A program made the position numbers and the translations under genes. From an uncultured Acidobacteriota bacterium (GTDB lineage Bacteria; Acidobacteriota; UBA6911; RPQK01; JAPXNP01): a DNA stretch of 64,000 bases. Position 1 is the stretch's first letter, and each line of letters begins with the position of its first letter. Under the pieces are notes generated by a model that made no database searches, had not been told where the DNA came from, and saw nothing but the letters and a program-made list of their open reading frames with translations. Below are positions 21,914-35,277 of the stretch, in pieces. The DNA lies in contig CAVRSV010000012.1 in the NCBI GenBank assembly GCA_963723965.1, forward strand, positions 658,675 to 722,674, given 5' to 3'.

Positions 21914-22536
21914 CGCTGCAGTACCTCCTGCAACTCTTCGACAGCCTGTTTGCTGATCATCAGAACATCATGGGCGACGAGATCGAAGATGTTCACCCCG
22001 CCCGTCGACACCATCTTGACCGAAGGCACGTTCCGCGAACCGAGATAGAGCTGCCGATTCTCCCGACTGTCCACCATCAGGACCTTACGGCCCACCTCGA
22101 GCGACGCCAGCCAGGCGACGAAATCCTTTGTCTTGTGGGACTCGAGGTTCAGGCTCTCGAAGACCAGCAGCTTCTCGTTACGCAGCTTGTCGGTCAGGAC
22201 CAGACGCATGGCGCCGCGCCGCTTCTTCTTGGGCAACGCCTGCGCGTAATCACGGGGCTGTGGGCCGTGGGCCGTGCCGCCGCCCCGCCAAACGGGACTC
22301 CGGATCGAACCGATACGCGCCCGCCCGGTTCCCTTCTGGCGCCACAGCTTCTTGCCGCTCCCGCGGACCAGAGAGCGCGTCCGGGTTGCATGCGTGCCCT
22401 TTCGCTGCGCCGCCTGATAGGCCGTGACGGCCTCCCAGACCAGCGTCGGGCTAGCCTCGTAGTTGAAAACATCGTCCGAGAGCTCGAGCTTCCCGACGAC
22501 CTTGTTTTCCAGATTTCTTATTTGCACTTCAGCCAT
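21910..22536 (-). CDS. rplD: 50S ribosomal protein L4
   Basis: [12 protein letters not shown]; WRGGG; GPQPRDY. Confidence 0.97.
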   Translation of the reverse strand: MAEVQIRNLENKVVGKLELSDDVFNYEASPTLVWEAVTAYQAAQRKGTHATRTRSLVRGSGKKLWRQKGTGRARIGSIRSPVWRGGGTAHGPQPRDYAQALPKKKRRGAMRLVLTDKLRNEKLLVFESLNLESHKTKDFVAWLASLEVGRKVLMVDSRENRQLYLGSRNVPSVKMVSTGGVNIFDLVAHDVLMISKQAVEELQEVLQR

Positions 22537-22552
22537 GGTCCGCCACTTTCCA

Positions 22553-23183
22553 TCAATAAGAACGGGTGATCAGCACGAAGCTGCCGCGCGCACCCGGGAC
22601 CGAGCCCTTGACCAGCAGCAGGTTGTTCTCACCATCGATAGTCGACGACCCGGAGCTTCCGGATCTTGGCCTGCTTGTCACCCATGTGTCCGGGCGCCTT
22701 CATGCCTGGCAACACCCGGCTGGGATAGGCGCTGGCGCCGATCGAACCGGGAGCTCGGTGAAACATCGAGCCATGCGTTTTGCGGCCGCCCCGGAAGCCG
22801 TGGCGCTTGATGACGCCCTGGAAGCCCCGCCCTTTGCTGCGGCCTGCGATGTCGACCAGCTCGTTGACCCGGAACACGTCCTGCACCAGCACCTGATCGC
22901 CGACGTTGACTTCAGCGCCTTCCTCGGCCACGTAATCGAACTCCTTGAGCGGAAGCGCCGGCGGAACGTTCGCACGCTTGAAATGGCCGCTCATCGGCTT
23001 GTTGGCCCTGACCTTGCGGCCAGCCCGGACCAGGCCCAGCTGCAGCCGGGAACGCTCTCCCGCCTGGCGTTTCTCCACCACAACGCAGGGGCCGGCTTCG
23101 ATGACGGTCACGGGAACCGCGTTCCCGGCGCCGTCGAAGACCTGCGTCATCCCAACTTTCCTACCGATCAGCCCTGCGATCAT
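22553..23183 (-). CDS. rplC: 50S ribosomal protein L3; one extra base near 22640 breaks the frame (probable sequencing error)
   Basis: GRKVGMTQ; KGRGFQG; removing one base restores ...VVDIDGENNLLLVKGSVPGARGSFVLITRSY*; span is 631 nt (3n+1). Confidence 0.95.
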
Positions 23184-23186
23184 GGT

Positions 23187-23513
<327 letters not shown>

Positions 23514-23521
23514 CGGATTCC

Positions 23522-24709
<1,188 letters not shown>

Positions 24710-24795
24710 GTCCTTCAGTCTCCAGAAAAGTTAGGTTTTGGTTTGAGCCCGAGACCGCTTCGTCTCACTCGAACCGGCGCTCCGCGTGCGGACGC

Positions 24796-26890
24796 CTATT
24801 TCGCAAGCAGTTTCCCATGCGCTTTAGCAATCAACTCCTCGGCCGTTGCGGTCGGAACCGGATCGTACTGGCCGAAATGCATCGAATAGGTGGCCCGCCC
24901 CTGGGTCAAGTGATCGCAGGTCCGTGGCATAACCGAACATCTCCGACAAGGGGACGAAAGCCTGGACTACCTGCGACGTCGCTCGCGGCTCCATCTGCCC
25001 GATCCGGCCGCGTCGCCCGTTGAGGTCCCCGATCACCGCACCCATGTACTCCTCGGGCACCACCACCTCGACGCGCATCACCGGCTCCAGCAACCTGGGC
25101 CCGGCCTTCTTCGCCGCATCCTTGAACGCCATCGAGCCGGCGATCTTGAAGGCCAACTCCGACGAGTCCACATCATGGTAGGAGCCGTCGTACAGTTCCA
25201 CCTTCAAGTCTTCCACGGGATAGCCTGCCAGGATACCCCCTTCCATGGCCTCTCCGATCCCGACACGTACCGGGTCGATGTACTCACGGGGGATCGTGCC
25301 CCCCACGATCACGTTTTCGAACACGTAACCGGTGCCGGGCTCACCCGGTTCGATCCGGATCTTGACATGTCCGTACTGTCCGCGACCGCCTGTCTGCCTC
25401 ACGTACCGGCCCTCGCCCTGGGCCGCCTTGGTGATCGACTCCTTGTAGGCGACCTGGGGCTTGCCTACGTTGGCCCCCACGTGAAATTCCCGCAGCAGCC
25501 GATCCACGATGATCTCCAGGTGAAGTTCCCCCATCCCGGCGATGATCGTCTGCCCCGTGTCCTTGTCCGTATGCACTTTGAAGGTCGGATCCTCCTGCAT
25601 CAGCTTGTTCAGTGAGAATCCGAGTTTGTCCTGGTCCTGGCGCGTCTTGGGCTCGATGGCGACCGCGATTACCGGTTCTGGGAAGTCCATCGCCTCGAGG
25701 ACGATGGGAGACTTCTTGTCACAAATCGTGTCACCTGTGGACACATTCTTCAAGCCGACCGCCGCGGCGATGTCCCCGCAATAAACCGAATCGATCTCCT
25801 CGCGCTTGTTGGCGTGCATCTTCAGCAGACGCCCGATCCGCTCGTCCCGTTGGCGGGCTGCGTTGAACACCGTCGAACCGGCCTTCAGCCAGCCCGAGTA
25901 CACCCTCATGAAGGCCAACTGACCGACGAACGGGTCGGTCATGATCTTGAAGATCAGGGCCGAAAAGGCCTCGTCGTCGCTCGCCCTGCGCGTGACCGTC
26001 TCCTCCGAATCGGGCTTCAGTCCCTCGACGGGAGGGACCTCCAGCGGCGACGGGAGGAAATTCACCACGGCATCGAGCAGAGGCTGCACACCCTTGTTCT
26101 TGAAGGCCGTACCGCAGATGCAGGGCACGAACTCCAGGTGGGTCGTCCCCTTGCGGATCGCCCTCAACAGTTCGGCCTCTTCGATCTCGTCTTCAGCAAG
26201 GTACTTCTCGAGAAGGTCGTTGTCGGTCTCGGCTACAGCCGCCACCAGCTTCTCGCGCCACTCTACGGCCGCATCTCTGTATTCCTCGGGGATTTCGATC
26301 TCATCGTACTGGGCACCCAGCGTCTCGACCCGGTAGACGTAGGCCTTCATCTTCACCAGATCGATCACACCCTCGAAATTCTCTTCCTGGCCGAGGGGGA
26401 TCTGCAGGGCGACGGGCTTCGCATGAAGCTTCTTGCTGATCGATTCCAGAGACTTGAAGAAGTCGGCCCCGGCGCGGTCCATCTTGTTCATGAAGGCAAT
26501 GCGCGGGACGCGATACTTGTCGGCCTGTCGCCAGACCGTCTCCGACTGTGGCTCCACACCTGCTACGGCGTCGAAGACAGCGACGGCTCCATCCAGCACC
26601 CTCAACGACCGCTCGACCTCGGCCGTGAAGTCCACGTGACCGGGCGTATCGATAATGTTGACCCGATAGTCCTTCCAGAAACAGGTCGTCGCCGCCGACG
26701 TGATCGTGATACCCCGCTCCTGCTCCTGGACCATCCAGTCCATGGTCGCGGTGCCCTCGTGCACCTCACCGATCTTATAGTTGATGCCGGTATAGAAGAG
26801 GATCCTCTCGGTAGTCGTCGTCTTCCCGGCATCGATGTGGGCCATGATGCCGATATTCCGGATTCGTTCTAAGGGCACTTTTCTAGCCAC
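24796..26890 (-). CDS. fusA: Elongation factor G; one extra base near 24909 breaks the frame (probable sequencing error)
   Basis: AHIDAGKTT; DTPGHVDF; removing one base restores [16 protein letters not shown]...KLLAK*; GTG start 26890; span is 2095 nt (3n+1). Confidence 0.97.
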
Positions 26891-27025
26891 GGTGCTGTCA
26901 CACTCCCTACAAGTCTCTATTTCTAAACCCTCGGACGGTAACCCCACTGGAGCCCCCGCCGGGGGGAATATCATCCCGACCCGCCCGCAACGAGCCGTCG
27001 ATGGGAAAGTCCGGCACTCGGCCGA

Positions 27026-27496
27026 CTACCAACGGTAGTGGGCAAACGCCCGGTTGGCATCCGCCATCCGGTGCACGTCCTCACGCTTCTTCACGGCGCC
27101 GCCTCGATTGTTCGCGGCGTCAATCAGTTCATTGGCCAAACGCTCGGCCATCGTCTTCTCACCCCGGCTCCGCGTGGAGAACACGATCCAGCGCAGACCC
27201 AGAGCCGTCCTGCGGCGCGGGCTCACCTCGACCGGCACCTGATAGGTGGAGCCGCCGACCCGTCGGGACTTGGTCTCCATGAACGGCCGAGCGTTCTCGA
27301 CCGCCTGCTTGAACACCTTCAGCGGGTCTTCGCCGGTCCGTTCTTCGATGATCTTCATGGCGTCATAGAAGATGTGTGTCGCGACCGTCTTCTTGCCGCC
27401 CCACATCAGCTTGTTGATCAGCCGGCTGACCAACTCATTGTCATAGACCGCATCAGGAAGAATCTCACGCTTTGGGACTTCTCTCCGCCTTGGCAT
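27026..27496 (-). CDS. rpsG: 30S ribosomal protein S7
   Basis: MPRRREV; [11 protein letters not shown]; [10 protein letters not shown]; start placed at ATG 27496. Confidence 0.98.
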   Translation of the reverse strand: MPRRREVPKREILPDAVYDNELVSRLINKLMWGGKKTVATHIFYDAMKIIEERTGEDPLKVFKQAVENARPFMETKSRRVGGSTYQVPVEVSPRRRTALGLRWIVFSTRSRGEKTMAERLANELIDAANNRGGAVKKREDVHRMADANRAFAHYRW

Positions 27497-27578
27497 TCTT
27501 TCACTCCAGAAACAAAACAAGCTGCAGGGAAAAACAGAACCCATGCAGCTTGTACAGAAAACAGTTAACCGATGCCGC

Positions 27579-27953
27579 CTATCCCTTGGGCCTCTTGGCG
27601 CCGTACTTCGAGCGGCTGTTCTCACGGCCCTCTACACCCACGGCGTCCAAGGTTCCCCGGATGACGTGATAGCGTACACCAGGGAGGTCCTTGACGCGGC
27701 CGCCGCGGATGAGCACGATCGAGTGCTCCTGTAGATTGTGGCCGATTCCGGGAATGTAGGTCGTAACCTCAATCCCGTTCGTCAACCGCACACGGGCTAC
27801 CTTTCTCAGGGCCGAATTTGGCTTCTTGGGAGTCTGAGTGTAGACGCGGACGCAGACCCCCCGCTTCTGAGGGCTTCCCCCCAGGGCGGGACTCTTGGTC
27901 TTCGACCGAATCTGCTTTCTCCCTTTTCGGACTAACTGGTTAAAAGTTGGCAC
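27579..27953 (-). CDS. rpsL: 30S ribosomal protein S12
   Basis: [10 protein letters not shown]; [12 protein letters not shown]. Confidence 0.99.
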   Translation of the reverse strand: MPTFNQLVRKGRKQIRSKTKSPALGGSPQKRGVCVRVYTQTPKKPNSALRKVARVRLTNGIEVTTYIPGIGHNLQEHSIVLIRGGRVKDLPGVRYHVIRGTLDAVGVEGRENSRSKYGAKRPKG

Positions 27954-28038
27954 TCTTCAGTTCTCCCGCTACTAAAAAGAAAAAAGTGATGCCGAGGCAC
28001 CACAACACCATTCGACGCCAGTCGGAAATGGACCTCAA

Positions 28039-28070
28039 ATGCTAGCTTGACGCAACAGTACGTGTCAAGC
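28039..28070 (-). promoter_or_regulatory. Sigma70-type promoter of the str operon, overlapping an inverted repeat
   Basis: Minus strand TTGACA (28068-28063), 18-nt spacer, TAGCAT (28044-28039); GCTTGAC-N12-GTCAAGC inverted repeat at 28045-28070. Confidence 0.6.
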
Positions 28071-28208
28071 CGACCCTGCGGAAGAGACAATCTTACCAAA
28101 AGCACCCCGCATCTACAAACAGAATTCCCGCCCCAAGCGCTTTACATGGTGCTTCTTGCGAAGCCCTTGCGGGGGCGGCAGTTCGCACACTAAGATGGCG
28201 GTCTTCGG

Positions 28209-29537
28209 ATGGTTGTTTCAATCGGTCACCGGTTTCTCCTCAGCCTCTATTCCCTGCTCTACGGAGCCGGGCTCATCCTCTATGCCGGAGTCGCCACCGT
28301 CCGACGCCTCACCGGGGGGCGTCACAGTCCTGTCCTGGCTCGATTGGGTCCCGGCGGCGTGCCTCCCCCGCAAGAACGGAAGCGAGGGGGGCCGACGGTC
28401 TGGATCCATGCGGTTTCCGTGGGCGAACTGAATGCGGTCCGGCCCCTGATTCAGGCTCTGCTCGCACGTGAGGACATTTCCCTCGTGCTCTCGACCACCA
28501 CCAGTACAGGGCAGGCTCTGGCCCGGCGCGACTTTGCCGAACGGGCGACGGTCCTCTATTTCCCGGTGGATCTTCGTTCGGTGTGCCGGCGTTATCTGCG
28601 GCGGCTGAAACCGACGCTCGTGGTGTTGGCCGAGACGGAACTCTGGCCGAATTTTCTGACCTCGGTCCGCCTGGCCGAAGTCCCCGTGGTCCTCATCAAC
28701 GGCCGACTCTCCGACGCCTCCTTCCGCCGCTATCGGCGCTTTGCCGGCTTCTTCCGCCCGCTGCTGCGCTCGGTCGCCCATTTCTGCATGCAGACCAAGG
28801 TCGACCGGGACCGGGTCATCGAGCTCGGCGTCGACCCTGAGCGAGCCAACTGGATCGGAAACCTGAAGTTCGACTATCGTCGGGCCGGTTCCCCCGACCA
28901 AACGCTTCTGAACGAGGGGCTCCTTCGCATCCTGCGCCGCGAAGCCGCCGACCGGGTGCTCGTCTGCGGCAGCACCAAGCCGGGCGAGGAGGGACCCCTG
29001 GCCGAAGTGGCCGCTCACCTTCGCCGGGACGGCGCTTCCTTGAAGCTGGTCGTCGCCCCGCGCCATCCCCATCGGGGCCCCGAGGTAGCGGAGATTCTCC
29101 GGTCGGCCGGTTTTGAAACGCTGCTGCGCAGCCGCCTCGAACTGACACGAGAAGCCCTGCCCCCGGCCGATGCGATCGTCCTCGACTCGATCGGTGAACT
29201 CGCAGGCGTCTACGAGATCGCCGATCTCGTGTTCGTCGGTGGCAGCCTCGTGGCGGCCGGCGGCCAGAACGTGATCGAGCCCGCCGCCTGCAGCAAACCG
29301 ATCCTGTTCGGCCCCCATATGGACAACTTCCGCGAGATCGCGGCAGTCTTCACATCCCGCTACGCCGCCCTGCAGGTCCAGTCCGCGGCGGAGCTCGAAG
29401 CCCGCCTGGCCGACCTGCTGCGCGATTCCCATGCCCGGGATTGGCTCGGACGCAACGCCCGAAAGGTGATCCGCGACAATCAGGGCGCCGTCGACCGCAC
29501 GCTCGAAGTCCTCGAGCGCTACCTGTCCGGTTCGTAG
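28209..29537 (+). CDS. waaA: 3-deoxy-D-manno-octulosonic acid (Kdo) transferase
   Basis: WIHAVSVGE; ETELWPN; GNLKFD; APRHP; GGQNVIEPA. Confidence 0.95.
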   Translation: MVVSIGHRFLLSLYSLLYGAGLILYAGVATVRRLTGGRHSPVLARLGPGGVPPPQERKRGGPTVWIHAVSVGELNAVRPLIQALLAREDISLVLSTTTSTGQALARRDFAERATVLYFPVDLRSVCRRYLRRLKPTLVVLAETELWPNFLTSVRLAEVPVVLINGRLSDASFRRYRRFAGFFRPLLRSVAHFCMQTKVDRDRVIELGVDPERANWIGNLKFDYRRAGSPDQTLLNEGLLRILRREAADRVLVCGSTKPGEEGPLAEVAAHLRRDGASLKLVVAPRHPHRGPEVAEILRSAGFETLLRSRLELTREALPPADAIVLDSIGELAGVYEIADLVFVGGSLVAAGGQNVIEPAACSKPILFGPHMDNFREIAAVFTSRYAALQVQSAAELEARLADLLRDSHARDWLGRNARKVIRDNQGAVDRTLEVLERYLSGS

Positions 29538-29540
29538 CTC

Positions 29541-29615
29541 CGGAGCCGGGAGCCGGGAACCGGGAATCGGGATTCGGGATTCGAGCCCCGATACCAGGAA
29601 CCAGGAACGGGGAGC
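29541..29615. repeat. Degenerate heptamer tandem repeat (GGAGCCG/GGAACCG/GGAATCG/GGATTCG)
   Basis: cggagccgggagccgggaaccgggaatcgggattcgggattcg...ccaggaaccaggaac. Confidence 0.65.
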
Positions 29616-29648
29616 TCAGAACCGTCACGACCACGCTAGAATAGCCGG

Positions 29649-30743
29649 GTGAGCCCGAAGCGATGGACAGCGCTGGCCGAACCGCTCTTTCGGGCCGGGG
29701 TGCGCGTGCGGCGGGAGCTGTACCGGGGCCGTCTGCTCCGCATGCGCAGGCTGAGCCACCCGGTGGTGAGCATCGGCAACATCTCCGTCGGAGGCACGGG
29801 CAAGAGCCCGCTCGTACACTACTTCGCGGAGTTGCTCCGCGAGGAAGGTCTGGCGCCCGCCGTGCTGAGCCGTGGCTACCGGGGGACTTGGGAAAGGGAC
29901 AACCGACTCGTCTCCGACCACGAGCGACTCCTGGCGACGGCGTCGGAAGCCGGCGATGAGGCGTTCATGCTGGCTCGCTCCCTGCCCGGCACGCTCGTCG
30001 CGGTGGGTCGAAATCGTTGGAAGTCGGGCCGGCTCATCGAGCAGCGGCACCCCCACCCGGCCCGGGTCTTCCTGCTCGACGACGGCTTTCAGCACCTGGC
30101 GCTGGCCCGCGATCTCGATCTCGTCGCCATTGACGCAACCCGCCCTCGCCTCGAGGAGGCTCTGCTGCCCGCCGGACTTCTTCGCGAACCTCCGCAGGCG
30201 TTGGCCCGAGCCGACGCGATCCTCCTGACTCGCTGCCACTTGGCGGAGGCCCGCCTTGCAGAGCTGGAAGAGGAGATCCGGTCGCTGGCTCCGGCCGTCC
30301 TCCGATTTCGCTTCCGCACCGTGCCCGTGGCTCTGCGGCCGCTCGCCGGAGGAGAGACGGAGGCCCTGACGGCGCGGGCCGGATCGCGGGGCGTGGCCCT
30401 CGCCGCCCTGGGGAATCCCCAGCAGTTTCTGCTCGACGTGGCGCGCGCGGGAGTCAAAGTGGTTAACGAGTTCCTGTTCCGCGACCACCACCCCTTCAGC
30501 CAGCGGGAGCTGGACACGGTCATCGAACGGGCCCGCAGGCTTTCCGGGGAATTCGTGATCACCACCGAGAAGGACGCCGTCCGCCTGGAGCACCTGGACT
30601 TCCGGGGGTTCCCCTTTCTGGCGCTGGACATCCGTTACCAAACCTCCGAGCCGGAGACGCTCCACGCCTGGCTCCTCGACCGGCTCCGGTCGATATCGGC
30701 CCGGGGTTCCGAAAAGAGCGAACGAGGAGGACCGACTTCGTGA
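29649..30743 (+). CDS. lpxK: Tetraacyldisaccharide 4'-kinase
   Basis: SIGNISVGGTGKSP; LSRGY; GDEA; LDDGFQH; TTEKDAVR. Confidence 0.95.
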   Translation: MSPKRWTALAEPLFRAGVRVRRELYRGRLLRMRRLSHPVVSIGNISVGGTGKSPLVHYFAELLREEGLAPAVLSRGYRGTWERDNRLVSDHERLLATASEAGDEAFMLARSLPGTLVAVGRNRWKSGRLIEQRHPHPARVFLLDDGFQHLALARDLDLVAIDATRPRLEEALLPAGLLREPPQALARADAILLTRCHLAEARLAELEEEIRSLAPAVLRFRFRTVPVALRPLAGGETEALTARAGSRGVALAALGNPQQFLLDVARAGVKVVNEFLFRDHHPFSQRELDTVIERARRLSGEFVITTEKDAVRLEHLDFRGFPFLALDIRYQTSEPETLHAWLLDRLRSISARGSEKSERGGPTS

Positions 30744-31783
30744 GTCCGAGCCGTCCGAGAGTGCTCGTTCGCTCCACCAACTGGATCGGCGATGTCGTCA
30801 TGTCGCTGCCCGCCCTGCGGGAGGTGCGACGCCTGCACCCCGACGCGCACCTCGCCGTCGTGGCCCGGGACTGGGTGGCGGACCTCTACCGGGAACAGGG
30901 TCTGGTCGACGAGATCGTCTCCTTTCCGAGCGGTCGCTCGAGCCTTCGGCTGATCGGCCGATTGCGGGACTTCGACCGGGCCGTTCTGTTCCAGAATGCT
31001 TTCGAGGCGGCACTGCTGGCGTCCCTGGCGGGCATCCCCGACCGCGTGGGATACGCGACCCAGGGCCGGGGATTCCTGTTGACGCGCAAGGCGCGGCCTC
31101 GCACCCCGGGGCGGCGCCTTCACCAGGTCTTCTACTACCTGGATCTGCTGCACCTGACGGGCCTGTCCGATATCGACTACCTGAACCGCTCGGAGTTCCG
31201 TCCCGACATCCGACTGCGTGCGACTCGCGCGGGACTGGGGCGGGCCCGAGCGCTTCTGGCCGAGGCGGGAGCCCCTGCCGACGGACAGCTGATGGGACTC
31301 AATCCCGGGGCGACTTTCGGACCCGCCAAGCGCTGGCTCACCGACCGCTACGCAGCGCTGGCCGACCGGCTCATTCGGGAGACGGGAGCGACCGTGTTGA
31401 TCTTCGGTTCGGCCGCCGAACGCCCCATCGCCGAGGCGATCCAGGGATCCATGAAGGCCCGGGCCATCATCCTGAGCGGCCGGACCAGCCTCGAGACGCT
31501 GGTGGCGTTGATCTCATCCTGTTCCCTGTTCATCACCAATGACTCCGGCCCCATGCACCTGGCCGCTGCGCTGGAGGTGCCTCAGGTCGCCCTGTTCGGT
31601 TCGACGGACGAGATCGCAACCGGCCCCTTCGACAGCCGGGCGGAAGTCATTCACAAACATGTGGACTGCAGTCCCTGCCTGCGCCGCACATGTCCGATCG
31701 ATCTGAGATGCTTTACCCGCATCGGCGTCGACGAGGTCTATGAGGCGGCCCGGAGAAGGCTGGATGAAGCAAGACAGGACTGA
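30740..31783 (+). CDS. waaF: LPS heptosyltransferase II (GT9)
   Basis: NWIGDVVM; PGATFGPAKRW; NDSGPMHLAAA. Confidence 0.9.
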   Translation: MSPSRPRVLVRSTNWIGDVVMSLPALREVRRLHPDAHLAVVARDWVADLYREQGLVDEIVSFPSGRSSLRLIGRLRDFDRAVLFQNAFEAALLASLAGIPDRVGYATQGRGFLLTRKARPRTPGRRLHQVFYYLDLLHLTGLSDIDYLNRSEFRPDIRLRATRAGLGRARALLAEAGAPADGQLMGLNPGATFGPAKRWLTDRYAALADRLIRETGATVLIFGSAAERPIAEAIQGSMKARAIILSGRTSLETLVALISSCSLFITNDSGPMHLAAALEVPQVALFGSTDEIATGPFDSRAEVIHKHVDCSPCLRRTCPIDLRCFTRIGVDEVYEAARRRLDEARQD

Positions 31784-32360
31784 GCAGTCAGGCGGAAGGG
31801 GAGCCGTCTTCCTGGATCGGGACGGAACGCTGATCGAGGAGGTTCACTACCTTCGCCGCAGCGATCAGATCCACCTGCTGGAGGGAGCCGCTGAAGCCCT
31901 CCGCCTGGCCCAATCGGCCGGCCTGGCCGCCGTCTTGATCACCAATCAGTCAGCCGTTGGCCGCGGCTTTCTGGCCGAGAGCGGTCTTCGAGAGATCCAC
32001 CAGCATCTGAACGAGTTGCTCGAGGCACAGGACACGCGACTGGATGGCATCTACTACTGCCCCCATCATCCGGAAGCAGATCTGGAGGACTACCGCCGGG
32101 TCTGTCCCTGCCGCAAACCCAACCCGGGCATGCTGCTCCAGGCCGCGCGGGACCTGAACCTCGATCCGGAGAAGAGTCTCATGGTGGGCGATACCTTTCA
32201 CGACATCGAAGCCGGACGCCGCGCCGGCTGCCGGACCGCCCTGGTCGAGACCGGCTATGGAGCCGGCACCTGGCGGGACCGCCGACCGGACGATCCGGTG
32301 CCCGACCTGGTCGCCTCGAACTTGCTCGAGGCAGTCCGGTGGTTCCTCGGGCGAATGTGA
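31764..32360 (+). CDS. gmhB: D-glycero-D-manno-heptose 1,7-bisphosphate phosphatase
   Basis: FLDRDGTL; TNQS; YCPHHP; CPCRKPNPGM; MVGD. Confidence 0.92.
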   Translation: MKQDRTEQSGGRGAVFLDRDGTLIEEVHYLRRSDQIHLLEGAAEALRLAQSAGLAAVLITNQSAVGRGFLAESGLREIHQHLNELLEAQDTRLDGIYYCPHHPEADLEDYRRVCPCRKPNPGMLLQAARDLNLDPEKSLMVGDTFHDIEAGRRAGCRTALVETGYGAGTWRDRRPDDPVPDLVASNLLEAVRWFLGRM

Positions 32361-32466
32361 GATTTACGATTTGGAGGGGACCGCGCCAGTCCGTGTTCAT
32401 CCGCGTGCGCCCGTGTTCGTCAATTCGCCTCCAAATCGTAAATCTCAAATCGTAAATCTCAAATCC
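32358..32466. repeat. Intergenic heptamer-repeat element with 20-bp perfect inverted repeat
   Basis: tgagatttacgatttggagg (32358-32377) / cctccaaatcgtaaatctca (32428-32447), followed by further AAATCGT/AAATCTC units. Confidence 0.75.
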
Positions 32467-32507
32467 ATCCATCTGCTATGCTTGGCGCGATTCGGAGTGA
32501 TGGAGTG

Positions 32508-33497
32508 ATGTCCAAGGAATGGCCGGCGACACTTCTGGAGCGCTTTGACACGGTTCGGCTGGTGGTCCTGGGTGACTTCCTGATCGACGAATTCCTCTTC
32601 GGTGAAATCTCCAGAGTCTCACGCGAAGCTCCCGTCCTGATCCTCCACTATCAGGAGACCCGGATCTGTCCGGGAGGGGCGGCCAACACGGTGGCCAACG
32701 CCGCGGCTCTAGGCGCCCGGGTCCTGCCCATCGGAGTGGTGGGTGACGATCGGGGCGCGGACGAACTGGTCGCGATGTGGCCGGACAACGTGGACAAGAG
32801 CGGCCTCATCCGCGAGCCGCGCGCCCGGACCACGCGCAAGTCGCGGATTCTGGCCGGATCGTTTCACTCCTTCCAGCAACAGGTCGTGCGCATGGACTAT
32901 GAGAACCCGATCCCCCATCGACGGGCGTGGGAACGGAGAGTCCTGTCCGATCTATCGGCGGCCTTGCCTGAAACGGGGGCGCTCGTGATCTCGGACTACA
33001 GCCTGGGCAACATCACCGCACGGATCAAACGCGAAGCGATGGCTCTGGCGCACAAATACCGCATCCCGGTGATCATCGACTCCCGCGACCATCCGGCCTC
33101 GTTTGCGGGCGCCACCACCGTCACGCCCAACATCACCGAGGTGGAGGCGTCCCTGCGCCGCGCCATCGGTCACGATCTCGAAAAGCTCGAGAGGTACGGT
33201 GAGCGGGCCCGGCGGAAATGGCGGATCGAGGCCCTCCTCGTCACCCGGGGCAAGCTCGGCATGTCGCTGTTCACCGATTCCGGGGTGGTTCACATCCGGG
33301 CTCACGGCAGTGATGAGGCGGTGGACGTCACGGGGGCCGGCGACACGGTGGCGGCCACTTACGCGGCGGCGCTGGCGGCCGGCGCCGATTTCGAGGTGGC
33401 GGCCCGTCTGGCCAACGTCTCCGCCGGACTCGTGGTCATGAAGAAGGGCACATCGACCGTGACGCGGGACGAACTGGCCAATGCCATGGCTTTCTGA
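32508..33497 (+). CDS. Heptose-7-phosphate kinase (RfaE domain I / HldA, PfkB family)
   Basis: RVSREAPV; PGGAAN; SDY; DVTGAGDTV. Confidence 0.9.
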   Translation: MSKEWPATLLERFDTVRLVVLGDFLIDEFLFGEISRVSREAPVLILHYQETRICPGGAANTVANAAALGARVLPIGVVGDDRGADELVAMWPDNVDKSGLIREPRARTTRKSRILAGSFHSFQQQVVRMDYENPIPHRRAWERRVLSDLSAALPETGALVISDYSLGNITARIKREAMALAHKYRIPVIIDSRDHPASFAGATTVTPNITEVEASLRRAIGHDLEKLERYGERARRKWRIEALLVTRGKLGMSLFTDSGVVHIRAHGSDEAVDVTGAGDTVAATYAAALAAGADFEVAARLANVSAGLVVMKKGTSTVTRDELANAMAF

Positions 33498-33504
33498 AGG
33501 CATC

Positions 33505-34071
33505 ATGCACGGGACGACGATCACACTCGATCAGGCCGAGGGCGTCGTGCGGGAGGCCCACCGCAGAGGTCAGACCGTGGTGATGGCCAATGGCTGCTTC
33601 GACCTGATCCATGTCGGCCACGTCCGCTACCTGGAGGGGGCCCGCGCCGAAGGGGACCTCCTGCTGGTGGCCGTCAACAGCGACGTCTCGGTGCGCGGTC
33701 TGAAGGGACCCGATCGGCCGGTCACGCCAGAAGCCGAGCGCGTCGAGATCCTCGCAGCCTTCTCCTGCGTCGACTACGTCTTTCTCTTCGACGATCCGAC
33801 GGTCGATCACATCCTGGAGCGGCTCCGCCCCGACGTGCACGCCAAGGGGACGGACTACACCGTCGAGAACGTCCCCGAGCGGGAAACCGTCCGCTCTTAC
33901 GGGGGCCGTGTGGCCATCGTCGGCGACTCCAAAGAGCATTCCAGCCGGGAGCTGATCTCCCGTCTGCGGGCGCCTGCCGATTCCAGCCGGTCGTCGGCCC
34001 TTTCCGGACCGGACCAGGCGGAGGAAGACCGGGCCGAAATACCGAGAGACGCGGCCCGACGCCGGCCATGA
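33505..34071 (+). CDS. Heptose-1-phosphate adenylyltransferase (RfaE domain II / HldC)
   Basis: [15 protein letters not shown]; [11 protein letters not shown]; KGTDY. Confidence 0.9.
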   Translation: MHGTTITLDQAEGVVREAHRRGQTVVMANGCFDLIHVGHVRYLEGARAEGDLLLVAVNSDVSVRGLKGPDRPVTPEAERVEILAAFSCVDYVFLFDDPTVDHILERLRPDVHAKGTDYTVENVPERETVRSYGGRVAIVGDSKEHSSRELISRLRAPADSSRSSALSGPDQAEEDRAEIPRDAARRRP

Positions 34072-35144
34072 CAGCCTTCCAGCCAGACCCATTGTCCGGG
34101 AAGACGGGCCCACCCAGAAGGAAGATCCTGGTAGTGCGTCTGGGGGCGCTGGGTGACATTGTGCTGACGATCCCCGCCCAGCAGCTGTTGCGGCGGAGCT
34201 TCCCTGACGCCCGGTTTCACTGGCTGGCAGAGCCTCCCTACCGCCCTCTCCTCGAGTGCGTCCCGGGCATCGAGCGCGTCTGGACGGCCGATACCAAGGC
34301 CTGGCGGAGTAGCGTTGCCAAGGCCCGCACGCTCCCACGGCTGGTGAGCTCCCTGCGTGCGGAGCATTTCGACGAGGCGATCGACTTCCAGGGGCTGCTG
34401 AAATCCGCCCTGCTGGCTCGTCTGTCGGGCGCCGACCGGATCCGGGGCTTCGCCCGACGCGAAGTGCGGGAAAAGGCAGCATCCCTGTTCTACACGGACC
34501 GGATCACGACCTCACGCGCTCGGCGCCATCAGGTTCTTCACCACGCCGATCTCGTGGATCCGCCCGCCTGCAGCGGCGACATCTCGGCCCGATTCCCGCT
34601 GATTCTCCCCCAGGAGATCGAAGACCGCTTGTCCGACCGGCTGCACCGGATCGTATCGGAGCCCCCCCTGCTGCTGAACCTCGGGGGAGGCTGGGAGACG
34701 AAGCGATGGCCACCCGAGCGCTTCGCCGAGCTGGGTCGGCGCGTCGAGCGGCAGTTGGGCATCCCGGTCCTGTTCACCATCGGTCCCGGCGAAGAGGAGC
34801 TGGCCCGTCGCGCCCTCGCCGCCGCCGGTGCCCCCCGGGAGCGCTGTCTTCAGACGGGTCTCCTCGAGCTGGCCGCGTTGTGCCGCGAGTCGCGGATGAT
34901 GGTTGCCGGAGACACGGGCCCCCTGCATCTGGCGGTCGCGCTGGGCCTACCCACCGTCGCGATCCTCGGCCCGGCGCTCCCCTGGCGGACCGGACCTTTC
35001 GAGCCCGCCGACGAGGTCGTCCTCCATTCGAGACGCTGTCCTCATCCCTACCGCCGGGTCTGTCGGGACCATTTCTGCATGGATATCCCTGCAGAGGTGG
35101 TCTTCGAGGCCGTGGTCCGGCGTCTCGATCGCGCCGGCGGCTGA
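34068..35144 (+). CDS. waaC: LPS heptosyltransferase I-like (GT9)
   Basis: RLGALGDIV; [10 protein letters not shown]; WETKRWP; GDTGPLHLA. Confidence 0.75.
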   Translation: MTAFQPDPLSGKTGPPRRKILVVRLGALGDIVLTIPAQQLLRRSFPDARFHWLAEPPYRPLLECVPGIERVWTADTKAWRSSVAKARTLPRLVSSLRAEHFDEAIDFQGLLKSALLARLSGADRIRGFARREVREKAASLFYTDRITTSRARRHQVLHHADLVDPPACSGDISARFPLILPQEIEDRLSDRLHRIVSEPPLLLNLGGGWETKRWPPERFAELGRRVERQLGIPVLFTIGPGEEELARRALAAAGAPRERCLQTGLLELAALCRESRMMVAGDTGPLHLAVALGLPTVAILGPALPWRTGPFEPADEVVLHSRRCPHPYRRVCRDHFCMDIPAEVVFEAVVRRLDRAGG

Positions 35145-35277
35145 CACCGCAGTGCACCGCGGAGAGCCCTTGACCCGACCATACTTCGCCCTCGCAGAGT
35201 CATCGACCGTTTCGCACGAGGCGCTTCGACGGCTCGAGTCTTTGCGGCGAACCCGGCACGCGCTAAACTCCTTGTCC

